Shown here: positions 55,409-64,000 of the stretch, in pieces
How the letters are laid out: every line of letters begins with the position of its first letter
Numbering within the stretch: position 1 is the first letter of the stretch
DNA from: Adineta vaga
Lineage: Eukaryota; Animalia; Rotifera
Length of the DNA: 64,000 nucleotides
Direction: 5' to 3'
NCBI GenBank assembly: GCA_021613535.1
Contig: CP075496.1
Span: 6,076,001-6,140,000 of the forward strand
Program-made: the position numbers and the translations under genes
The notes under the pieces: model-generated
What the model saw: only the letters and a program-made list of their open reading frames with translations
Told to the model about the DNA's origin: nothing
The model's database searches: none

Positions 55409-56323
55409 ATGCATGAAATAAAAAGGATTCAAAATCTTCATTGTAAAAAATGTCAAAGTTCTTTTCACCATGAAGAAAATGTGGCTTTTTTCAAACAAAA
55501 TCAATATCATTTTCATTGTTTCCTTTGTATTAATTGTCAAAAACAACTTTCACATGAATCATTTTATCATGATGAACAATTTCAATTCGATGTATTCTAT
55601 AATAAAACAATGAAAAAAAAATGATTTGCGATATATTTCTATGATTTAGATATCAAATCCACAAATTTATTGTGAAACATGTTATCTCCAACGATGTCCA
55701 TTATGTTCTCATTGTCATCAGAATTTTACTCCAACATCGATCATTATTGAATTACAAGGGAAAATTTATCATAATGAATGGTAAAATAATATAAAACATG
55801 TTTAAATAGACGAAATATATGATTTTAATGTAGTTTTATCTGTTCAAAATGTCAATTACCGTTACGAAATGAAATCTTTTACTCGAAAAATAAGTTTTTC
55901 TATTGTCATCAATGTATGACTCAACAAGAACCATGTTTATTGACTTTAAAATCTATGCAATTATTAAATGAACAATGTAAAATATGTGGCAAGAATTTTC
56001 TTTCTGGTGAACCAATTTCTATGTATTATGAAGATTATTATCATACGGATTGTTTTCGTTGTGTAAATTGTCAAACTCTTCTCATTAATCAAGGTTTTTA
56101 TCAGAACGAGAATGGATATCTCTCTTGTTCGAATTGTCATACTGATCATGGTTTACATTGTAGAATTTGTAAAGAACCATTTTTAACTGGAGAAATTCTC
56201 AGTCAATTTGATGATAGATATTTTCATCAGACATGTTTTCTATGTAACGTTTGTAAACAATCGATAGAAATGAAAAGATTTCAATATGAAAATGGAAAAG
56301 TAGTGTGTGAGAAGTGTTTTTAA
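55409..56323 (+). CDS. LIM-only protein with four LIM domains
   Basis: Exons 55409-55591, 55650-55780, 55834-56323 give four CxxC...HxxCFxCxxC...CxxC units. Confidence 0.85.
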
Positions 56324-56614
56324 GCAATAAATAATGAATTGGAAGGTAACACACTCTATCGGATATAGAATTGAATACTGATTGGTACGCGTCATAATAT
56401 TCATGAGTCATCAAGAGAAGTCCAACTGATGTGAAGACGAGAAACGGCTAACCAACGATCTACTTGCCACGTTTTATTTCTTCAGAATTTGGTGCATTGC
56501 TGTGCTGTCGTTTCAACTTTGTTTCTTATATATAAAATAGAACGACTTTATTCAGTTCAATCTAAATTATTTCACCCACAAATACAACTTTAATACAAAC
56601 GATATACGTAAAAT

Positions 56615-58782
56615 ATGTTATTTCATTCATTTTCTACCATATATGTTTCAATTCTCATTCTTTCAATAACATGTGGTTCATTATCATCTGTTCCAATACG
56701 AACAGAACATTCAGAAAGTAATGAAATCTCGATCATTTTCTTTTATATTTGAACTCTTCTTTTATAGATAGTTTCATTAAAAATAAAGAAGAATTTGTTC
56801 CTACAAATGAATGGCAAATTGTTAAAGAAGGTATTTTGATTGAAAAATTCTTAAATTTATATATTCAATTCTTGTTTTCAGGTCAAGCAATTCCGCCAGG
56901 ACTTCATGTTCGATTGAATTTACAAACTGGTGCTCGAGAAGCGAAATTACTTGACAATAATGTCGAACAGAAACCATCAGCAAATGATCTTATTCCACTT
57001 TCGAATAATGATGATGTTCAAGAACAAGAACGAATCAGTAAACAAAATCTCGAACGAGCATTTGCTAATTTTGATTTTAGTAAAGATGATGTGGTTACAG
57101 ATAAAGTATGTTGACGTATATTTTGAGAATTTCATATTCATTATTGTGTGTTTTTATTAAGAAACATGAAGAAGAAGTGAAAGCTAAATTTCGTGCATAT
57201 AATGAATTAAAGAAAGATTTCGATGAAATGAATATAAAAGTTCAAACTGATCTCGAAATTTTAACGGATCTTTTAAAAAAATTGAATACAACTAATAATA
57301 ATGAAGATCGAAAAACAATTTTAACTGATTTAGAATATTATCTTCATCAAGTATGTAGACATGATTGTATTGAAAGAGGAATATGTGATATCGATGCTTT
57401 GTTTTTCATCTTTAGTATGATAATGCAATTTTATTTGCTGATATGCATGGACTTGAATTATTGTTACAGTTATTCAATTCAGCAGATGTTAATAATGATA
57501 TACGGCATTTAATCTGTCTGGCATTAGGTGCCGCTTTTCAAGGGTAAAATTAAGAAATTCTTTTATTTAATGAAATACACAATAAACAGGTATTCTGTTT
57601 TGTATGTTTTAGAAATCCAAAAGTTCAATTAGCAGGATTCAATCTTGGTTATGTCCAACATTTATTACGTTTATTAAATGTCGAAAAAGATGATAATATT
57701 GAATTTCGTCTTCTTTTTACATTATCAACTTTATTGAGAAATTTTCCACAAACACAACGAAATTTTCTTGAATATGGTGGCATAGAAACAATCGTGAAAA
57801 TTGTCGATCAAACAGAACCAACTAGTAAAATACAAATGAGAGTAATTGAATTAATGAATGATCTAATTACTGAAAAAGTAAGAAAAAGAAATCGAAATTC
57901 CAAGCGATTGAATGTACAAACTTTTCAATTATTTAGGATCAAGCAACAGATGACAATCGCCAAGCTTATGAAAAGTAAGTTGACAGAATCATTGACAAAT
58001 AGTAATTCTAACAATGAAACTACTTTCGAGTCTATTGAATTTATGTAGTTTCGATTAGTATTGTAAAAACGAAAGTTTGTATGATCTGAATTCTAGTTGC
58101 GATCAGAGAAATATAGATGCGCACTCGAATGATATTTATCAGTTCGAAAAATACGTCTGTTTTCTTTTTCTTATAGAATTTGTGGTATTAGAAAATCAAA
58201 GGTTATCGGAGAAGAGAAATAGTTCTCAGTTGATTATACTATTGCATAATAGCTCGATGAACATCATTCCAAAACGTAGAGAGAATATTTAGGATAACGC
58301 ACATCTTTCGAGATAAGTAAGGAAAACAATAATGTTCCATAGATTTTATGAAATATAAATGTCAATAAATCAAATCCATCGCGAAATAATTAAGAAATTC
58401 CCATATGATTTCTAGTAGTTTGCCTCAACATCCAACTAAACATCATTTATCTTCGATAAATCTACTTCTCTCTTTTTTCTTTTGTAGTATTGATATTCGT
58501 GATCGTCTGGTGAAACATGATTGGTGCACAAAGATATCGCATCGTTTAACCTCAATTGATACAGACAATTCTGATCATATTGAAAAGACGCTTATAGCAA
58601 TGATACCATTAGCAGATGCGTGTCGAACGAATTTTCTATCTTTACTTTCAACGCTCGACAAATTCAATGATGTTTATACAAAAACAAATCTCAATGAAGA
58701 TTCTTTAGATACAAATATCTTAACTAATATTGAAAGTCTTCGTATGAAACTACAGCAAACAACATCATCAAATGATTTATAA
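56615..58782 (+). CDS. SIL1: Nucleotide exchange factor SIL1 (BiP co-chaperone)
   Basis: Signal peptide, signature '[35 protein letters not shown]', '[14 protein letters not shown]', armadillo-like body, and C-terminal KDEL-like 'SNDL'. Confidence 0.93.
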
Positions 58783-59281
58783 ATCTGTTCATAGTTGCGT
58801 TGTATGAAATCATCAATCTTTTTCTTTTGTCAGATATTTAGTTTCTTTTTTTGCTTTCTATCTTAATTGTTTTTTTTGTCTTCTTTCTTATTTAAAACAA
58901 AGAAATTGGTATAAGTTCTAATTATTACAACAAATAGTATTATCTCATTTGAAGAATAATAGAACGCTACTGGAGATATTGACTCGCTTTTTTTTCTCTC
59001 TCCGATGTCAGACGAGCAATATGTATTATTAGCCTTGAATATATGCTTGATTGGAATTGTAACGACAAAAAAAACGGCAAATGTGACATGAGAAGAAAAA
59101 AAACTAGGCTTATGTTATTGCATGATGCTAACAGCTATTCTATCTGTTCTGAGATGCATCATTCATTCGCTTTTTATCCTTCTTTTGTCTGCAATATTTA
59201 AGACCAATAATATGGCAAGCAATGGCTATGTCTAGAATAATATCACCACGAGAAAGAACACACACATCTTTTTTGCTACCA

Positions 59282-59523
59282 CCATATTAGGCCTCTTTCT
59301 CTATTAATATACGCGCGGTTAGTAGAGGAAAGATGAGATCGATTTAGAGTTGAGATGCATCCGCGTTTTCCGTCGGAGAAGATGTATATATGTTCGAAGT
59401 TAGATATACGTTAACATATCTCCTGCAGAAGAAAAGAAAAGAACTGCGTTAATATCCGCAGCGGTTATCCGTTTTTTTTCTCTTCTTCTCATACATTTGG
59501 TGTAACACAGCACCCAAAATAGG
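59282..59523. promoter_or_regulatory. Two perfect CArG boxes (SRF sites) upstream of the myosin RLC gene
   Basis: CCATATTAGG at 59282-59291 and CCAAAATAGG at 59514-59523, both CC(A/T)6GG and within 430 bp of the ATG. Confidence 0.6.
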
Positions 59524-59707
59524 CAATTTCTTCCACAATAACAACAACAACATCAAGAAATAACGAGAAAAAAGCGACAGAGAGAGAGAGAGAAAGATAG
59601 AAACTGAGTGTTTCTTTGCTTGTAATCTTCATCAAGAATAAGTTGCTTGTGGTACCATATCCAACATCAAATCAGAATTCTTCTCGTAGACTTTTCCAAA
59701 CACCAAA

Positions 59708-60912
59708 ATGACCGATGTGAGTGTTAATTAAGAAAATATTTCTACATGATTTTTTTTCATCATAAATCTCAACTATAAATAAGTTATTTATCTAAAACTC
59801 CTCTTAATTATTTTTTGTAGAAAGACGACGTAAGTTTTATCTGACAATTGTATTATTCACATCCCCTATCTTTCCACACATATTCGATATTCTTCCTTTC
59901 GCACATTTCAAACCTTAATTATCGTTTTTGTTTCTCCTTTTCTCTCTCCATTGTCTTTTTCAAGCATGTTGAATAATTTGATTTTTTCAAAAGTACATCA
60001 TGCTCATACCTCACATTCTTTCCTAATACCATTCACCGTATCACTTCCAAAGGAATATGATGAAAATGATTTTTCATTGTTTGAAACAAAAAAATTTTAT
60101 TCTTTCTTTATAATTAGAAAAAAGCCAAGAAAAAGGCCCAACGTGCCACCAGTAATGTCTTTTCAATGTTTGATCAAAAACAAGTACAAGAATTTAAAGA
60201 GGTTAGATCTTAAAATTGCTTGAGAGGTTTTCGAAACCAAAGATATCTTCTTCTTCTATTCTAGGCATTTGGTCTTATGGATCAAGATCGTGATGGTACA
60301 GTTAGTTTGGATGATCTCAAAGAAGTTTATGCTTCACTTGGTAATAATCACAGGAAAAAAATGAAGAATTTCCATTGAAAAAATGCTCTTTTCTATGTTA
60401 GGCAAAGCACCAAAAGATTCTGAATTGAAAGCTATGCTTGAAGAAGCTCAAGGTCCAATCAATTTTACCATGTTATTAACATTATTTGGAGATCGATTAA
60501 ATGGTACCGATGAAGAAAATGTTATTTTAAATGCATGGAAAAATTTTGATCCTGAGGCAACTGGATTTATCAACACAAAAAGGTTAATTGATTTTTCAAT
60601 CAACAACAAAGAAGTTCTCATCTACTTTTTCTCTTCTAGTTTACGTGAAGTTCTTACAGGCGAAGGACGTCCGGATGATCGTAAGTGCTACTTTTCTTAT
60701 TGATCTAATTACTTATTTTTATTTCTCATTTCAAAGGATTATCTGATATGGAGGTAAGAAGAAATTTTGGAAATCAATTTATTCCATTCTTTTTCTTTTT
60801 AACAAAATTTTAGTTCAGTCAAATGCTTGAGGGTGCTCCAGTTGATCCAAAAGGAAATTTAGATTATGCTGCCTTTACACGACAGATCAAACGTGGTAAA
60901 GAAGATGAATAA
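59708..60912 (+). CDS. Myosin regulatory light chain (EF-hand)
   Basis: '[36 protein letters not shown]', '[20 protein letters not shown]' and '[19 protein letters not shown]'. Eight short exons including micro-exons. Confidence 0.95.
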
Positions 60913-62037
60913 AACAAATAATATTAGTTCAAGAAAAAGACCTTTTGTGTTTTGTTTAATCACTTTCTTCTTAACAACAGAAGCAAATAAAATTCACGCT
61001 CAGCCTTTTCTCTCTCATTTTTTTTCTTCTTTCTACCCTCATCAATAACATACCTTTATTTCATATCTCATTCTTATTTTTTTTGTCTTCATCTGTTTTA
61101 ACAACAAATAAAACCAAATAATTGAATTGATATAATCATCTTCTTACTATTACTTTTTCAGAAGAAAGAATTTTAATCGTAAGAAGAAAATAAATGCGAT
61201 CTATTCAACTATTGTTTCTTTTACAAAGTAGTAAAACGTGTTTTTTCAAGTGTGAAACTGCAACGAATAAATACGGAACGACAAGAAATACGTGTGCTCG
61301 ATTATATCAACAGTAACCTATCAGTATAATTAACCAAACCAAAGAATAATACTACCTATTCATCATAAACATATCAACAGAATTCTAAACTCTTGTCATT
61401 GGACAATAGTGAGAAAATAATAGAAAAAAATCAGTAATAGTGCGTATTAACACGTCTATAAACTGCTCTTTATACAGAAAAGATTTAGCTGAAAATTGTT
61501 CTACTCATACAGTGAAAAGGTAAAGTAAGTAAATCCTATGGATAGACAAATGCAGATTTTCGAAGATAATAGTTTTCTTCTTACGAAAGATTAATGATTC
61601 TGAAAGATAAACCTCTCCATAGCATAAGATAGATGATCAATTAATACTCTTACAAGAAGATATCGAAACAAGATGCGGAAAACTTTGCAAAATATTAGAT
61701 AGCATTGAAGTCTAATTCTAAATTTTCGTTCACAAAAATCGATCGATAGTATATAGTAAGATGAATAGATTTAATAGATTATCTTTCCTATTAAATTTCT
61801 ATATGACACAGCATTTTGTGAAAGTTGACTTGTGCGAACACATTTTCTTTGTTTGCTGAGTCATCATCTCACATCAATGCATTGTTTATGTTAACAATCG
61901 AACTCTTAAAAGGAAAGAAAATGATTACCTTCCCTTCATAATATTTATATAGAAGTAAACCGAAAAAAAATCAAATCAAATGCGCCAATTGAAATAGTTA
62001 AAAATATTAACGTTCAAAAAAAGAAGAAGATCAATCT

Positions 62038-63937
62038 ATGCCGATATCAAGTGGTTTTGGTTATTATCCCTATAATTATCCTACAACGAAAACAACACGT
62101 ACTTTACCACCCGTACGTTCGACACAAATTATAGCACGTGCTCCCAAAGTAAGTTTTTCATCTTCTTCAGTTTTAGTTTCATTTCTGTTTGAAACAAACA
62201 AAGAAAGAGAATAATGTCCTTATGCCACAAACTTGAAACATACTATTTTGTTAGATGAGTAAAGAAAAAAAATTACGTACAAAAAAAGGTTAGGCAATTT
62301 TTCGACTTTCAAAGAATTATAGAAAGCAAAAGAAAAGAAACGAGTAAGACGAAAAGAATATTTATATGTCACAACATTATTATGTACAGTTACCACCGGA
62401 AAAATATTACAATTCAAAGACTACAACGATAAAATCCACAAAATATCCAGCAATATCAACACGAAGCACTGTTGTCAAACGACCATCGATACGTTCGGAT
62501 ACTTTCCTATTAGCTAAAAAAGTCAATCAAACGAAGCCTAAAGTCCAAAAACAATATTCAGTTCGTACCGATATTCGAAGATTACCACCCATACAAATTC
62601 CTATTCGAAGTAATTCAATACCTTCACGAAAGAAGCGTGTAACAGCAGTTCAAAGTACTATTGCCGCTCGACCAAAACCAAAATATGTAAGTTCATTTAC
62701 TTATCAACGCGATCCTGTTCAAAAGCCTGTGTATATTCCTGAACGACGTAATAGTGTTCATTATGTTTCTACTCGTCCTGTTTATCATCGAAAATTGACT
62801 CCTCCAGCAAAAGATACTTCAGATGTGAATCGACGTATACGAATTGGTAAACATGATTATATAGTACAACGAAGAACAGAAGCAGCTGATGTTCTGCACA
62901 ACGATCGTCAGACTGTAAGTAATACAACAGTTCATACTCATCGACTAATTCAAAAAGATACGTTTATTTTATCCTTCTATGTATTCTAATCAAAATAAAA
63001 CAATAATGCTCTGATATTTATGGATCCTTTGTGATTAATCTTAATATAACGTGATCTATCATAAGGCTCTATAAATGATAAGATTTCTTTTCATTTATTT
63101 GTCTTATTTAACTTAAGAATTGATTATTCATATAATGTTATTTTCCCATTCATTCAGGAAACTATCGTTGAAGAACGAAGACCTAAACGAGTTGTACGTG
63201 TCTTACGGGAATCTCCACGTCGAGAAGATGATGTTTATTATGTTAAACCTGTATCACCACCATTACGTCGACAAACAGTAATTCGAAAATCTACACCACC
63301 AGTAGAATATATTCGTGTAAAAAAAACACCACCACCACCACCTATTCGTTCTCGTCGTTCACCTCGTACTGAAACAATTTATCTTGACAAAGATCAATCT
63401 ATACCACATAATGATGATTATATATATATTGATGAAGATGGTAATGAAGTTAAATTTATAGATGAACAAAGTGCAACACCTCGGTATGTAGAATATACTT
63501 ATGAAGATGATCGAGATAAACGACGTGAACGAAAAGTTATCTATATTGATGAGATAGAAAAACAGCCGACACCCGAACCTCAAATTATTGTTGTTGAAGA
63601 TAGAGAAAAACGACATGTACCCGAATCTGAAGTTATTTATGTCAAAGAAGCAGAACCTCGTCGATCACATCAACCTGACGTAATTTATGTCGAAGAAAAA
63701 GAAGAACGACATTCACATCAACCAGAAGTGATTTATGTTGAACAAGAACAACAAGAACAACATTCATATCAACCAGAAGTGATTTACGTTGAACAAGAAC
63801 AACAAGAACAATATGTCAATGAACCTAATGTCATTTATGTTGACGATACGTATCGAAGTTCACATCAACCTGATGTCATTTACGTCGAAGATCATGATGA
63901 TCGAGATCTATATGAACCTGAAGTTATTTATGTATAA
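62038..63937 (+). CDS. Low-complexity protein with basic N-terminal half and acidic P-[ED]-V-I-Y-V repeats; probably truncated by window end
   Basis: Exons 62038-62148, 62390-62914, ~63158-63931. The final GTATAA may be a splice donor rather than Val-stop. Confidence 0.75.
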
Positions 63938-64000
63938 GATCAATGACATGACAAAATGATATATGATCAACTATCATCAAAGAGATATTCTATTTTCATG

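Noticed and set aside
1-64000. tRNA, rRNA, CRISPR arrays or intact transposable elements
   Set aside because: None recognisable by eye. The repeats seen are microsatellites or coding repeats, and the sequence is eukaryotic.

Overview
AT-rich eukaryotic (animal) genomic DNA with many short (~50-65 nt) GT-AG introns. The compact introns, codon style and a bacterial-type gene carrying introns suggest a bdelloid rotifer or similar small invertebrate; this is an inference. I can support about 18 protein-coding genes, 17 of them on the + strand. In order: MARVEL-like 4TM protein, p24/TMED, single-PDZ NHERF/Sip1-like, an intronless orphan (- strand), FBF1-like, Patched-related RND protein, an Aur1/IPC-synthase-like PAP2 enzyme of bacterial appearance, Rab11-FIP3/4 (nuf-like), a beta-trefoil protein, two tandem divergent ADA3-like genes, an RNF38/44-like RING-H2 ligase, a chimeric paired-RED-subdomain + RING-H2 gene, Pax6, a 4-LIM protein, SIL1, a myosin regulatory light chain and a VIYV-repeat protein that probably runs off the window. 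The top candidate for novelty is the gene at ~44987-46893. It sits between the RING ligase and Pax6 and fuses a Pax RED helix-turn-helix to a RING-H2 domain, keeping the same intron position as the neighbouring Pax6. All homology calls come from manual splicing and motif recall, not database searches.
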